Shown: positions 28,792-44,236, counted from the stretch's first letter. The stretch is DNA of 64,000 nucleotides from Eledone cirrhosa (GCA_964016885.1 OZ024762.1:18786001-18850000), one strand, 5' to 3'. Numbers and translations: made by a program. Notes: a model not told the origin generated them from the sequence alone.

Positions 28792-29200
28792 TATATGTCT
28801 GTGTGTATATATATATGTGTTTGTATATATATGCATGTATATATATAATATTATATATATATACATATATATATATACATATATATATACATATATACTA
28901 TATACATATATACAGATATATATATATATATACATATAATAATATATATATATATATATACATATATACATACATATACATATATATATACATATATATA
29001 TATACATATATATATACATATATTTATACATACATATATATACATATATTTAATACATACATATATATACATATATATACACAAATACATATATATGCAC
29101 ATATACATACATGTATATTTATGTATGAGAGTTTATATACATAATATATATATATATATATGGATACATATATACATGCTTAAATTTATATGTATGTATG

Positions 29201-29235
<35 letters not shown>

Positions 29236-29454
29236 CCTGCATACATACATGCTTCACTCTCTCTCTGTATATATATATAAATATATGCCTATATATATAT
29301 ATATATATATACGTACATGCTTAACTATATGTATACACACACGGACAATTCATTAGAATCCATTATCTTCCATGCCCCGATATCTCCAGAACTCGGCACT
29401 ACTTTATTGAACCTTGACAACCAACAGATGTCAGAATAAATAAACTTATATATA

Positions 29455-31680
29455 TATCTCTAGCTTCAAACTAGTATTACCTACCACACTATATCTCCTC
29501 TCTAGCTTCAAACTAGTATTACCTACCACACTATATATCTCTAGCTTCAAACTAGTATTACCTACCACACTATATCTCTAGCTTCAAACTAGTATTACCT
29601 ACCACACTATATCTCCTCTCTAGCTTCAAACTAGTATTACCTACCACACTATATCTCTCTAGCTTCAAACTAGTATTACCTACCACACTATATCTCCTCT
29701 CTAGCTTCAAACTAGTATTACCTACCACACTATGTATCTCTAGCTTCAAACTAGTATTACCTACCATACTATATATCTCTCTAGCTTCAAACTAGTATTA
29801 CCTACCACACTATATCTCCTCTCTAGCTTCAAACTAGTATTACCTACCACACTATATCTCTCTAGCTTCAAACTAGTATTACCTACCACACTATATCTCC
29901 TCTCTAGCTTCAAACTAGTATTACCTACCACACTATATCTCTCTAGCTTCAAACTAGTATTACCTACCACACTATATCTCTCTAGCTTCAAACTAGTATT
30001 ACTACCTACCACACTATATCTCCTCTCTAGCTTCAAACTAGTATTACCTACCACACTATATCTCTAGCTTCAAACTAGTATTACCTACCACACTATATCT
30101 CCTCTCTAGCTTCAAACTAGTATTACCTACCACACTATATCTCTCTAGCTTCAAACTAGTATTACCTACCACACTATATCTCCTCTCTAGCTTCAAACTA
30201 GTATTACCTACCACACTATATATCTCTAGCTTCAAACTAGTATTACCTACCATACTATATCTCTCTAGCTTCAAACTAGTATTACCTACCACACTATATC
30301 TCCTCTCTAGCTTCAAACTAGTATTACCTACCACACTATATCTCTCTAGCTTCAAACTAGTATTACCTACCACACTATATCTCCTCTCTAGCTTCAAACT
30401 AGTATTACCTACCACACTATATCTCTCTAGCTTCAAACTAGTATTACCTACCACACTATATCTCTCTAGCTTCAAACTAGTATTACCTACCACACTATAT
30501 CTCTCTAGCTTCAAACTAGTATTACCTACCACACTATATCTCACTAGCTTCAAACTAGTATTACCTACCACACTATATATCTCTAGCTTCAAACTAGTAT
30601 TACCTACCATACTATATCTCTCTAGCTTCAAACTAGTATTACCTACCACACTATATCTCCTCTCTAGCTTCAAACTAGTATTACCTACCACACTATATCT
30701 CTCTAGCGTCAAACTAGTATTACCTACCACACTATATCTCGCTAGCATCAAACTGGTATTACCTACCACACTATATCTCCTCTCTAGCTTCAAACTAGTA
30801 TTACCTACCACACTATATCTCCTCTCTAGCTTCAAACTAGTATTACCTACCACACTATATATCTCTAGCTTCAAACTAGTATTACCTACCACACTATATC
30901 TCCTCTCTAGCTTCAAACTAGTATTACCTACCACACTATATCTCTCTAGCGTCAAACTAGTATTACCTACCACACTATATCTCCTCTCTAGCTTCGAACT
31001 AGTATTACCTACCACACTATATCTCCTCTCTAGCTTCAAACTAGTATTACCTACCACACTATATCTCTCTAGCGTCAAACTAGTATTACCTACCACACTA
31101 TATCTCCTCTCTAGCTTCAAACTAGTATTACCTACCACACTATATCTCTCTAGCGTCAAACTAGTATTACCTACCACACTATATCTCCTCTCTAGCTTCG
31201 AACTAGTATTACCTACCACACTATATCTCCTCTCTAGCGTCAAACTAGTATTACCTACCACACTATATCTCCTCTCTAGCTTCAAACTAGTATTACCTAC
31301 CACACTATATCTCTCTAGCGTCAAACTAGTATTACCTACCACACTATATCTCTCTAGCGTCAAACTAGTATTACCTACCACACTATATCTCTCTAGCGTC
31401 AAACTAGTATTACCTACCATACTATATCCCTCTAGCTTCAAACTAGTATTACCTACCACACTATATCTCCTCTCTAGCGTCAAACTAGTATTACCTACCA
31501 CACTATATCTCACTAGCTTCAAACTAGTATTACCTACCACACTATATCTCTCTAGCGTCAAACTAGTATTACCTACCACACTATATCTCCTCTCTAGCTT
31601 CAGACTAGTATTACCTACCACACTATATCTCACTAGCTTCAAACTAGTATTACCTACTAGACTATATCTCTCTAGCTTCA
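29455..31680. repeat. 39/42-bp minisatellite (~55 copies)
   Basis: Unit ctagcttcaaactagtattacctaccacactatatct(cct)ct; no unique spacers. Confidence 0.97.
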
Positions 31681-32419
31681 TACTTGCAGTATTTCTGCTT
31701 GATATCTTTTTACACTATTGCCCTTGCTTGAAATTACCTTTTCCCTAATGAGTTCGTTAAAACTTGAAGTGGAAATGACAACTGCAATGGCGATGATGGT
31801 GATGACGGTGGTGGTGGTGATGGTAGTGATGATGATGGTGGTGATGGTGGTGGTGGTGATGATGCCGGTGGTGATGGTGTTGAGGATAATGATGATGGTG
31901 GTGGTGGTGGTGGTAGTGTTTATGAAGGTGGTGGTGATGACAGTGCTGGTGGCGAAGGTGATGGCAGTGCTGGTGGCGATGGTGGTGATGATGGCGATGG
32001 CGATGATGATGGTGACGGTGATGGTGGATTTGAAAAGTGCAAGAAACCCCCAATACACCCAGTTTGGTCACTTCATATTTAGAATTGGCACACTTATATT
32101 CCGCATTATAGTCTTTCAAATATCAACTTGCTAAATTTGTTTTGGGAGTGTCTTCTTCATCTTTTTCTTCTTCTTTTTCTTTTTCTTCTTCTTTTTCTTC
32201 TTCTTTTTCTTCTTTTTTTTTCTTTTTCTTTTTCTTCTTCTTTTTTTTCTTCTTTTTCTTCTTCTTTGCCTTCTTCTTTGCCTTCTTCTTTGCCTTCTTC
32301 TTTGCCTTCTTATTCTTCGCCTTCTTCTTCTTCTTTGCCTTCTTCTTTGCCTTCTTCTTCTTTACCTTTTTTCTTTTTCTTTTTCTTTGCTTTCTTCTTC
32401 AAATCCGTGGGAAGGAGAA

Positions 32420-33010
32420 AGTATATTACTGGTTCTTTATTCTATCGACCATGTAAGGATGAAAGGAAAAGTTAACCATGGCGAGATTTGAAATCAGAAC
32501 TTAAAGGGCCATAACTCTATGTTGCGACGCATGGTGTCCTATCCTCTACCAACACTTCCCCGGCGGGATTTGAACTAAGAACGTAAAGGGCATTAACTCT
32601 ATGCTGCAAAGCATGGCGTCTGACGCTTTACCGATTCTGTTAATGCGCTGCCCCTAATAATGAAGATTTAGGCACAAGGCCAGCGATTTGGGGGAGGGGA
32701 CGTCGATTAACTGGTCCCCATTGGTAGTGAAGGCGCATGGCTTAGTGGTTAGAGCATTGGGCTTGCAATCGAAAGGTTGTGAGTTCAATTCTCAGACCGG
32801 GTGATGTGTTGTTTCCTTGAGCAAGACACTTTATTTCACATTGCTCCAGTTTACTCAGCTGTAGAAATGAGATGATAGGACTTCATAACATAAATAATTG
32901 TCTCTACATTTAGCACAAGGCCAGCAATTATCCCAGTGCATTACTGGTACTTTATTTTATCGACCCCCGTAAGGATGAAAGGCAAAGTTAACCTCGGCGG
33001 GATTTGAACA
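32420..33010. mobile_element. SINE cluster (Nin-SINE fragments on -, CORE/Meta-like SINE 32730-32870 on +)
   Basis: Consensus matches; A box tggcttagtgg and B box gagttcaattc at 32737-32792. Confidence 0.8.
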
Positions 33011-33022
33011 TAATAATAATAT

Positions 33023-33295
33023 CAAGCTCTCTTCCATCAGTAAGTGCGTGGTTCTGGGCTAAAAGCAGAGAGTAAGGGCTTCATTTTGGCTGCACAAGAC
33101 CAGTGTCTCGCAACTCAAAACCTTCAAGCCAATGTGACCAGAAATGGAGCTGACCAAAAGTGTTGATTCCGTGATGAGCATGTTGAGACCATTATCTGCC
33201 TGGTTCCAGGCTGCAAGGTATTAATTAGCTGCCCAGGTATATAAAGTAAAGGCATGATAGAGTGGGGTATTACTCACACTGGGTAATGTGGAGGT
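33023..33295 (+). pseudogene. R4/Dong-type (RLE) non-LTR retrotransposon C-terminal fragment
   Basis: Translates as GLKAESKGFILAAQDQCLATQNLQA..DQKC*..ETI..L..GC.., then RHDRV..HW after a frameshift (CCHC/RHD region). Confidence 0.8.
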
Positions 33296-33497
33296 TTTAT
33301 GCTCTGAAAACTGAGGGATGAAAGGCAAAGCTAACCTCGGCGGGATTTGGACTCGGAATGTAAAGGGCCGTAACTCTATGTCACAAAGCATGGTGTTCGG
33401 CGCGCTACCGATTCTGCCAATCCAATAATATGCTAGGATATTGATGACCCTCGACACATACATCAATTACGCCCCACTTCCCACTAAATCAGACCGG

Positions 33498-33535
<38 letters not shown>

Positions 33536-33618
33536 TCAACATCAACACCACAACCACCACCACTACTACTACTATTACTACTACTACCACCACCATTACT
33601 ACCGCCACCACCACCACC

Positions 33619-33650
<32 letters not shown>

Positions 33651-34288
33651 CACCACCACCACTACCACCCCCAGCCCCACCACAACCAATACTACTACTA
33701 CTACTACCAACACTACCAATACTACTACTACTACTACTACTACTACTAGCACTACCATCACTACTACTACCAATAACTACTACCACCATCACAATCACCT
33801 CCACCACCACCACTACCACTACTACCGTCACTACCACTACTACTACCACCACCACTACCACTACCACCACCACTACCACCACAACCAATACCACCCCCAG
33901 CCCCACCACAACCAATACTACTACTACTACTACTACTACTACTACCAACACTACCAATACTACTACTACTACTACTAGCACTACCATCACTACTACTACC
34001 AATAACTACTACCACCATCACAATCACCCCCCACCACCACCACTACCACTACTACCGTCACTACCACTACTACTACCACCACCACTACCACCACCACCAC
34101 CACCACCACCACTACCACCACCACCACCACCACCACCACTACCACCACAACCAATACCACCGCCACTACTACCACCACAACCACTACCACCGCCACTACT
34201 ACCACTACTACCACCACAACCACAACCAATACCACCGCCACTACTACCACCACAACCACAACCACCACCACTACCACCACTACTACTA
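33498..34288. repeat. (TAC/CAC)n repeat with an internal duplication
   Basis: Direct reading; blocks around 33665-33850 and 33893-34090 are duplicated. Confidence 0.9.
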
Positions 34289-34520
34289 GGAGGATGTTAG
34301 GTAAATTAATACGTCATCTCCGCCCTCCAACAACCCTGCCACCCATGACATCGATATATCGTCCTTCTTCCTTTAAGTGCTAATGGAGTTGTGCTAAGGG
34401 GTTGTCACTATATAATCTTGAAAATGTCTAATTAGCTTTGACTGCTTAGCACGGAATTACGGTTATTCCAAACGAAATCTGCCATTTCCAATCAGGGATA
34501 TACAAATATACCACCCCCCT

Positions 34521-34551
<31 letters not shown>

Positions 34552-34613
34552 TATAGCTTCATAATATATATATGTATGTATATATATATATATATAATAT
34601 ATATATATATGTA

Positions 34614-34658
<45 letters not shown>

Positions 34659-34675
34659 CTTACGTATACACATGC

Positions 34676-34711
<36 letters not shown>

Positions 34712-34735
34712 CATATTTTATGTACACATATTCAT

Positions 34736-34766
<31 letters not shown>

Positions 34767-34845
34767 GTGTATATATATATATATGTATACATACATACAT
34801 TATATATATGTGTATATATATATATGTATACATACATAGGTTATA

Positions 34846-34876
<31 letters not shown>

Positions 34877-35263
34877 GTATACATACATACGTTATATATA
34901 TGTGTGTATATATATATGTAAGCATATATACGTTATATATATGTATATATATGTATATATATATATTTGTATATGTATACATATATACGTTATATGTGTA
35001 TATATATATATACACACACATATACCGTATATATATATATATATCATATATATATATATATATCTTATATATATATATCTTATATATATACATACGTTAT
35101 ATATATATATGTGTGTACATATACGTACGTTATATATATATATATATATATAATGTGTATATATATATACATACGTTATATATATATATATATATCTTAT
35201 ATATATATACATACGTTATATATATATATATCTTATATATATACATATATATATATACATACG

Positions 35264-35315
<52 letters not shown>

Positions 35316-35464
35316 GTATTCCTGACACATTGTTACGGTGGTAAATGGCGAACGAAGCTAAACTGCCAAAATATATCACACTAAAGATGTTAAACATAGA
35401 ATCTAGTATTGTTTTAAATTGTTTTAACAATAACACGATGACACCATCTAGGTCGAGGCGAGTC

Positions 35465-35597
35465 CACGGTATTCCAGAATGTTGCACGGTATTCCAGAAT
35501 GTTGCACGGTATTCCAGAATGTTGCACGGTATTCCAGAATGTTGCACGGTATTCCAGAATGTTGCACGGTATTCCAGAATGTTGCACGGTATTCCAG
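35465..35597. repeat. 20-bp tandem repeat, about 6.5 copies (cacggtattccagaatgttg)
   Basis: Perfect copies. Confidence 0.95.
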
Positions 35598-36057
35598 TAC
35601 CGTGATTGATAACGTATATATATACGTATTTCTGCTCATACACACACACACACACACACGAACACGCGCGCGCGCACACACACACATACACACACGATCA
35701 CGCACACATACGCACACACACACGCACATACATACATTATATACATATATATATATATATATACATACATATATATACATATATATATATACATATATAT
35801 ATATACGTATATATATATACATATATATGTGTATATATACATATATATATATATATATACATATATATGTATACGTATATATATATACATATATATGTGT
35901 ATATATACATATATATATACATATATATGTGTATATATACATATATATGTGTATATATACATATATATATATATACATATATATGTATATATATACATAT
36001 ATATACATATATATATATATGTATGTATATATGTATATACATATATATATATACATG

Positions 36058-36100
<43 letters not shown>

Positions 36101-36244
36101 ATATGTATATATATGTATATATGTATATATGTATATATATATATGTATATATATATATATGTATATATATACATATATATATGTATATATATATATATAT
36201 GTATGTATATATATACATATATATATATGTATATATATATATGT

Positions 36245-36275
<31 letters not shown>

Positions 36276-36390
36276 TATACATATATACATACATATATAT
36301 ATATGTATATACATACATATATATATATATATATATATGTATATGTATATATATACATATATATATATGTATATATATATATACATATAG

Positions 36391-36768
36391 TTTCTCGACT
36401 CCCTCCTCTCCCCCCTTGTCACCACCCTCCCCTCCCACATCTCTGACACCAACCACGCTCTGCGCCTTTTCGACTCCTTCACCTACCTACCCGGCCCTCA
36501 GCCATTCCTCTTCACCCTAGACATCAAGTCCCTCTATACCGTCATCCCCCACGCCGACGGCCTTCGCGCCCTCAAACACTACCTCGACCTTCGCCCCTCC
36601 CCCAGTCCCTCCACCCCCACCCTCCTTCGCCTCGCCGAGCTGGTCCTCGCCCTAAATTGTTTCTCCTTCTCGGGTGAGTTTTACCAACAGGTCACGGGGG
36701 TAGCCATGGGCACAAGAATGGGCCCGAACTATGCCAACCTTTTTGTTGGCCATGTTGAGGCCCAAATA
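36391..36768 (+). pseudogene. Penelope-like (Neptune-type) reverse transcriptase fragment
   Basis: Stop-free frame [70 protein letters not shown] (RT motifs A and B'); bounded by (TA)n. Confidence 0.92.
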
Positions 36769-37002
36769 TGTGGGTGTGTGGGTACATATATATATGTACA
36801 TATATATATATATATATGTACATATATATATATATGTACATATATATATATGTACATATATATATATATATATGTACATATATATATATATGTACATATA
36901 TATATATATATGTACATATATATATATATATATATGTACATATATATATATATATATGTACATATATATATATATATATATATGTACATATATATATATA
37001 TA

Positions 37003-37060
<58 letters not shown>

Positions 37061-37071
37061 TGTATATGTAC

Positions 37072-37108
<37 letters not shown>

Positions 37109-37344
37109 CATATATGTACATATATATATGTGTACATATATATATATGTACACACATATATATATATGTACATACATATATATATATATGTACACACATA
37201 TATGTACACATATATATATATATGTACACATATATATATGTACATATATACATATATACACACACATATATATATATATGTACACACATATATATATGTA
37301 CATATATATATACATATATATATATTATATATATATATAGTTAA

Positions 37345-37560
37345 AATGTAGACGAACAAAAACGGAGAGGCAGTGCAAATAAGAGTTTATTAGGGGGACG
37401 ACGTTTCGGGCTTAAGCCCTTCATGGGTAGGAAGAGGGTTCCGAGGGTGTATGAGGGAGTGGTGGAAAGACATAGAAAAAAAGGGGAGGGGGAGAGAAAA
37501 TGGAGATAAAACGATTGAAGAAGTACAAATAAAAATTAAAATAAACATAAAAATAAACAT
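37345..37560 (-). mobile_element. PLE pLTR remnant with a degenerate minimal HHR (37397-37430)
   Basis: Minus strand CCCATGA AGGGC TTAA GCCC GAAACGTCG followed by taataaactc. Confidence 0.55.
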
Positions 37561-38205
37561 ACATATATATATATACATATATATATATAAGCACACACAT
37601 ATATATATATATATAGATACATATATATACACACAGACATATATATATACACACACATATATATACATACACACACATATATATACATACATGGCTGCGG
37701 TCTAAGGACTGAAACTATTAAGTTAAAATACACACACAATCACACAATAAGACATGTACTACTTTCTCGCTTTACATAAATACACACATAAATACACACA
37801 TAAATACACACATATATAGACACACACACACATATATATATACATATATACATATATATACATATATATATACATATATACATACATATATACATATATA
37901 TATATACATATATATATACATATATATATACATATATATATATACATATATATACATATATATATACATATATATACATATATATATATACATATATACA
38001 TATACATATATATATATACACATATATATATATATATACATACATATACATATGTACATATATACATAAATATATACATATATATACATATATATACATA
38101 TATATACATATATATACATATATATACATATATATACATATACATATATACATATATATATATACATATATATATATATACGTACATATATACACATATA
38201 TATAC

Positions 38206-38244
<39 letters not shown>

Positions 38245-38329
38245 TATATACATAAATATATATATATACATATATATATATACATACATATATATATATA
38301 TACATATATACACATATACACACATATAT

Positions 38330-38366
<37 letters not shown>

Positions 38367-38383
38367 CATCTATATACATATAC

Positions 38384-38414
<31 letters not shown>

Positions 38415-38659
38415 AATACATATATATACATACACATATATACATATATATAAATACATATATATACATACACATATATACATATATACATATACATATA
38501 TATATATATACACACACGTACGCCTCATCATGTGTAATTGATTCTTTCAGTAGTCTGCTTCAATCTGAAACATTACATTATTTATCAATGTAAGCTCACG
38601 CTCAACTTACACAAGATATCTTACCAATACATATGGAATTAGCAAATAATTTGATAGTT

Positions 38660-38959
38660 GAATGCATTGACATAGATATATTTCTTTATTAGCCACAGGG
38701 GCACAAAAGAAGGGGACAAGTACAAAGGGGGAAATTTACATACAATAAAAACGTGTAAAATGTTATCACAAATGGAATTTAAAAAGTTAGTCGATTCTCC
38801 CCAATAGAGGGAGACAGTTTATATGGGTAACACATACCCCCGAAAAAAATGTGCAACCCTCATCTCCAGGAGTACGAAGAGTTTGTACTCCTTTCCTCTC
38901 CTCCTCCTTTTCCTCAACCTACAGGCTGATATAGAGAGAAGAATGCATTGACATAGATA
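38660..38959 (-). mobile_element. Truncated LINE-like 3' end with a 19-bp target-site duplication
   Basis: gaatgcattgacatagata at 38660-38678 and 38941-38959; the insert ends AATAAAGAAATA on the minus strand. Confidence 0.7.
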
Positions 38960-39137
38960 GATAGATATCTATCTCCCTCTTTATGTATGTATGTATGTAT
39001 ATATATATGTATATATGTATATTTATGTATATATATAGATATATAGATAGATATGTCTCTCTGTCTATCATCTACATATTTGTCTACTTATCTATTTATC
39101 TATCTTCCTGCCAGTCTCTCTCTCTCTCTCTCTCTCA

Positions 39138-39199
<62 letters not shown>

Positions 39200-39219
39200 A
39201 ATTACAAAATAAGATGAAA

Positions 39220-39406
39220 TAGTTGTTTCTAGTTTTGGCACAAGGCCAGCAATTCTTCCAGTGTATTACTGGTGCTTTATTTTATCGACCCCCGTAAATA
39301 TGAAATGCAAAGTTAACCTCGGCGGGATTTGAACTCATACCATAAAGGGCCGTAACTCTATGCTACAAGGCATGGTGTCTGACCCTCTATCGATACTGCC
39401 AATCCA
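39220..39406 (-). mobile_element. Full-length tRNA/Nin-domain SINE
   Basis: Reverse complement of the consensus. Confidence 0.88.
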
Positions 39407-39419
39407 CAATAGACAAAAA

Positions 39420-39881
39420 TATACCTATTTTGCATAAATATCTTCGCCTCTAACTAATACATCTTATAATGCTTATAATATATAACACCTACATATATGC
39501 TATCACTACACAATTGCCTTACTTTATTGCATGCACTCTGCTATTATTTATATTCTTGGTATGATATTCTTGATATAATGATTTATAATATTATTCCTTG
39601 CATATAGCTTCAAAACAGTTTCTTTTTATAATACTTTTCAATACTTTATTACTATCTTTTCATTATAATGTCCTTTCGCTCTTACTCATCAATATATTGT
39701 AACTGACATGAACAATTATAATTAGTCGCCTCAAATATAATGTATCTTTGTGAATGTTCTAAGGCTTCGGAATTTATTTGTTTTAACATTGTATATGTTC
39801 CAATGATACCAGACATTTGTCTGGAAGAAACGATCGTTAGCAATTAAATGCATTAAACAAAAATTTGATTATTTTCTATGT

Positions 39882-39882
<1 letters not shown>
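39420..39882 (+). mobile_element. PLE 3'UTR/pLTR remnant with a degenerate HHR (39796-39842)
   Basis: TGTT CCAATGA TA-CCAGAC ATTT GTCTGG-AA GAAA CGATCG TT AGCA; 3' end resembles the reverse complement of 44935-45016. Confidence 0.6.
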
Positions 39883-39922
<40 letters not shown>

Positions 39923-40010
39923 TACACGCATATACATATACACACATATATATATATATACACCCCCATATATTTATATATACACACACACGCACATAAA
40001 TATATATATA

Positions 40011-40057
<47 letters not shown>

Positions 40058-41061
40058 ATACACATACATACACATACATACACATACACACACACATACA
40101 TATATACAGATACAGACACACAAACTCAAATCTATATATAGGCATACACCACAATAAATATGACATATAATATATGACAAGCACAATAAATGATAACACA
40201 ATAAAATACAATAAAATGCAAACAGACAGACAGATAATTTTAATACAGTAAACGAAGTCGATGGAAAAATCTAGAAAACATCCATAGTGCAATTGAACCA
40301 TAATTTTAATTAATCACGGTCGTCTGCTCTGTATCTTTTACTTATTTGGTCTTCTATTTGTGCAAACTCTCATCTAACAAAATCAATCGTTTCAAATAGA
40401 TTTCCCCCATTCAAAATGTCTTCTTCTTTTCAGCTACTTCCGATTTCTAATCTGAATTACTTTTAATTAATTGTCCTTCCGGTTTCCTTCTTGGCCTATA
40501 TTGTTTTTCTATTCTCCCGGACCCATTTATTCTACTGCTGCTGTTGTTGCTGCTAACACCGTCACCACTACTACTACTATTACTACTACTACGACTACTA
40601 CTATTACTACTACTACGACTGCTGCTACTACTACTACTACGACTGCTGCTACTATTACTATTACTACTACTACTACTGTTACTACTACTACTGTTACTAC
40701 TACTACTACTGTTACTACTACTACTACTGTTACTACTGCTACTACTACTACTGATGCTGCTACTACTACTACTGATGCTGCTACTACTACTACTTAATCC
40801 AATCACCGCCATTTTGCCTCGAGTTCAATGAATAAGCAGTAGCATACACACAAACACATACACATACATGCAGACAGAACAGCCAGAAACACACACATAC
40901 CCCCCCCCCCCCCCACACACACACACACAGACACAACACACAACTAAATAAATCACAACAGATACGATCAGTCTTCAAAACATGCAACAATTATTATTGG
41001 ACATGGATAATATCGATTTCTTCGAACGAACTAGGCAAAAGTTCAATTTTAAAATATCGAC

Positions 41062-41124
<63 letters not shown>

Positions 41125-41194
41125 AAAGGTAAACAATCGGTACAGTATATGGAAGGAATATATTAGGTTAATGTTTGATATAGCAGGAAGAGGG

Positions 41195-41230
41195 TCTTAA
41201 CGTTTCGGACGCCAGTCTTTCATCAGAAGA
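41195..41230 (-). ncRNA. Minimal PLE-type HHR
   Basis: TCTT CTGATGA AAGAC TGGC GTCC GAAA CG TT AAGA. Confidence 0.7.
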
Positions 41231-41356
41231 AATAATGAGACATTAGAAAGATTGAAGGGACGGGCGGGGTGGAATTGGAAAAATGTCTTTAGATAAAAAT
41301 AACAGATCCATTAATGTTGACATATCAGTAATGGTGAACTAACTGTTGTGGAACTA

Positions 41357-41403
<47 letters not shown>

Positions 41404-41409
<6 letters not shown>

Positions 41410-41865
41410 AAAATCTAAGTCAAATATTTAAAATTTGGCTTCGTTTATTAAAGAAGTACTGCTCTATATATTTCGGTGACAGCCATCATTGGCTGTGACC
41501 TCTTCAGGCAGTCCGAATTGGTGTGGTAGAGACAGGTACACATGTTGTTAAAGTGTTTTACTCAGTCAATACTCCGATATGTCCAGCTCCTGGTTGTGTT
41601 GTTATTTCTCTGAGGAACTGGAATCATATGACACTTTAACAACGTGTACCTGTCTCTACCACACCAATTCGGACTGCCTGAAGAGGTCACAGCCACTGAT
41701 GGCTGTCACCGAAATATATAGAGCAGTACTTCTTTAATAAACGAAGCCAAATTTTAAATATTTGACTTAATTATTTTATTTTACATTACTCCGGAGTAAC
41801 CAAACCAACCTGCGTACTTCGTCGAGTGCTCCATTCTGCATACTGAGGTGTCGGTAAACAACTAA
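41404..41865. mobile_element. Fold-back HHR element family F (HHRs 41458-41512 - and 41673-41727 +)
   Basis: ~150-bp inverted arms; ACTGC CTGAAGA GGT-CACAGCCA CTGA TGGCTGTC-ACC GAAA TATA TA (GA) GCAGT; ~85-nt tail. Confidence 0.85.
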
Positions 41866-42070
41866 AAAGAAATATACTAAAAATATACTAAAAAATATAC
41901 TAAAAAAAAAAAATATATATAGGAGTCCAAGATAATTGCGTCTGTAGGCGGTATGCCGGGAGAGCAGCCGATGCCCTTGCAGAGCAAGGTATTAATGGTA
42001 TAAGAATAAAGGAACAAAGATTCAGTGTTGCATCCTAACATATTACATGTGTTATTAATTATGTTAAGAC

Positions 42071-42263
42071 GGGTGGTGGATTGGCAGTATCGGTAGTGTG
42101 TCAGACGCCATGCTTTGCAGCATAGAGTTACAGCCCTTTAGAATCTGAGTTCAAATCCTGCCGAGGTTAACTTTGCCTTTCCTCCTTACGGGGTTGATAA
42201 AATAAAGTACCAGTAATACACTGAGATAATTGCTGGCCTTGTGCTAAATGTAGAGACAATTAT
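42071..42263 (+). mobile_element. Full-length tRNA/Nin-domain SINE
   Basis: Consensus match. Confidence 0.9.
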
Positions 42264-42404
42264 TTATGTTATGATGCAACACTAATTCTTTATTCCTTTA
42301 TTCTTATACAGCAACCGTTTTTAAAAGGCTTGACGAATATAAGCCGAAACCATTTAGTGTCGCAGTCGGGTTTTTACCCCCCCCCCCTCTCAGTGTTATA
42401 AAAA

Positions 42405-42600
42405 TGGTTTCTACAGGACTAGGACTGTTTCATTTGTTTCAAATCATTACGGCATTCCTGATGATTTCAATTAAGGAAACAGATTTAGTTCTGTAGAAGT
42501 CGTACTTCCTCTACTAAATAATTTAGTAGCTTATTTAACTGCGGTTCCCTTCCGTTCTTATTCTCTTATTAACTGTAGCCAGGCTAGTGGCTTCCTTATC
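42405..42600. mobile_element. Fold-back HHR element family D (HHR 42455-42498 +, inverted partial 42405-42452)
   Basis: TTC CTGATGA TTTC..GGAAA CAG ATTTAGTT CTG TA GAA. Confidence 0.7.
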
Positions 42601-43440
42601 CGCTCTGCTATAACAACACCACCACCACCAACAACACCAACAACAACAACAACAACCACAGCAACAGCTCAGAAAGGAACACAATTTCAGTCATAACTCC
42701 AGTTTATGTTCGTGTTAGGACGACGATAAATGTTCCAGCTTTTTGCCAGCAAATAGAAGAATTGTTATGTGAAAACGATAGGACATCGCTGCGACAGCTA
42801 TATTCCATTAATTGCTTACACGCAGTGAAAATTAACTTTATTTCCTGTTTCCATTTGTATCGTGCTCTGCTTGAATCGGAATGTTTGCGGCACAGCAATC
42901 GCTTATAACCTTTCCCTTTCACGAGAACATCAACCATTTTAACATACCAATAACTGAGAAAGCGAATACAATATAACGCCATAACTATTGCTAAATAAAG
43001 GAGAGAAAAAGCTGGGAAATTATTGGAAGGTATTCAACGCTATATGTTAGGTTAGATATGAGGTTAGTTGGGGGTATGGTTAGTTCTCACTATTGATTAA
43101 AATATAGTGTTAGTAGACTGACTGTGTGAATGTGTGTGTGTGAGAGAAAGTGTGAATGTGTGAGGTGTGTGTGTGAGAGAGAGAGAGAGTTAGAGAGAGA
43201 AGACAGTGTGTATGTGTTAGTAGAGAGAGTGTGTGTATGAGAGAGAGAAAGTGTATGTGTTAGTAGAGAAGTTTGTCATTAATGAAACCATAAGTATATA
43301 CCTTGTTCGTACTTAGTTTGGTTCAGAGCTATCAATGGTTGCATGTTAGATATATTCAAGATTTACATTTTAAGATTTCTTCTGTACGGTAGACACATGT
43401 GTTTATTCACTGCTGGATGTAAATTAATTTCCTTAGTAAA

Positions 43441-43663
43441 CATGTTGAGGGTTAGTTAACGTAAACCAGTTTGCCGGCAGACAACATGTTGAGGGTTAGT
43501 TAACGTAAACCAGTTTGCCGGCAGACACAGCATGTTGAGGGTTAGTTAACGTAAACCAATTTGCCAGCAGACAACATGTTGAGGGTTAGTTAACCCAAAC
43601 CAGTTTGCCGGCGGACACAACATGTTGAGGGTTACTTAACGTAAACCAGTTAGCCGGCAGACA
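43441..43663. repeat. 44/46-bp tandem repeat, 5 copies
   Basis: catgttgagggttagttaacgtaaaccagtttgccggcagaca(ca)a. Confidence 0.92.
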
Positions 43664-43791
43664 TATTTGTCAGTTTTATAATGCTTTGAATTTTCGCTGT
43701 TTTTAAAATTAATGTATAACAACTCCACATGGCCCCCACTGCATTGAACTTTTAATTAACCGGTGAAGGGGTTTAACTACTCCGGTTAAAT

Positions 43792-44232
43792 TTAGGAACA
43801 AGGCCAGCAATGTTTGGGGAGGGGAAAGTCGATTAAATCAACACCAGCGCATTTCGGGTACTTTATTTTATCGACCCCGTAAGGATGAGAAGTTAGCGTT
43901 GCCTTTCATCCATTCGTGGTCGATAAATTAAAGTACCAGAAATGAATTGGGTTCGATTTAATCGACTGTCCCCTCCCCCCAAATTTCTGGCCTTGTGTCT
44001 GTATAAGAAACCACTATTTGAGGCGGTGGATTGGCAGAATCTGTAGAGAGTCGGACACCATGCTTTGCGGCATGGAGTTACAGCCCTTTACGTTCTGAGT
44101 TCAAATCTTGCCGAGGTTAACTTTGCCTTTCATCCTTACTGGGTCGATAAAACAAAGCACCAGTAATGTACTGAGGTCGATTTAATCGGCTTTCCCCTCC
44201 CCCAATTTACTAGCCTCGTGCCCATAGTAGAA

Positions 44233-44236
<4 letters not shown>
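43792..44236. mobile_element. Nin-SINE cluster: two inverted 3' halves (43792-43895 -, 43898-44018 +) and a full copy (44022-44236 +)
   Basis: Long-form subfamily carrying ggtcgatttaatcg..cccctcccc. Confidence 0.85.

Noticed and set aside
29455-31680. CRISPR-like regular repeat and 541-aa ORF
   Set aside because: No unique spacers, no cas genes and a eukaryotic context; it is a minisatellite.
42704-42982. 92-aa non-repetitive ORF or possible exon
   Set aside because: No recognisable domain; cannot be supported without homology or RNA data.
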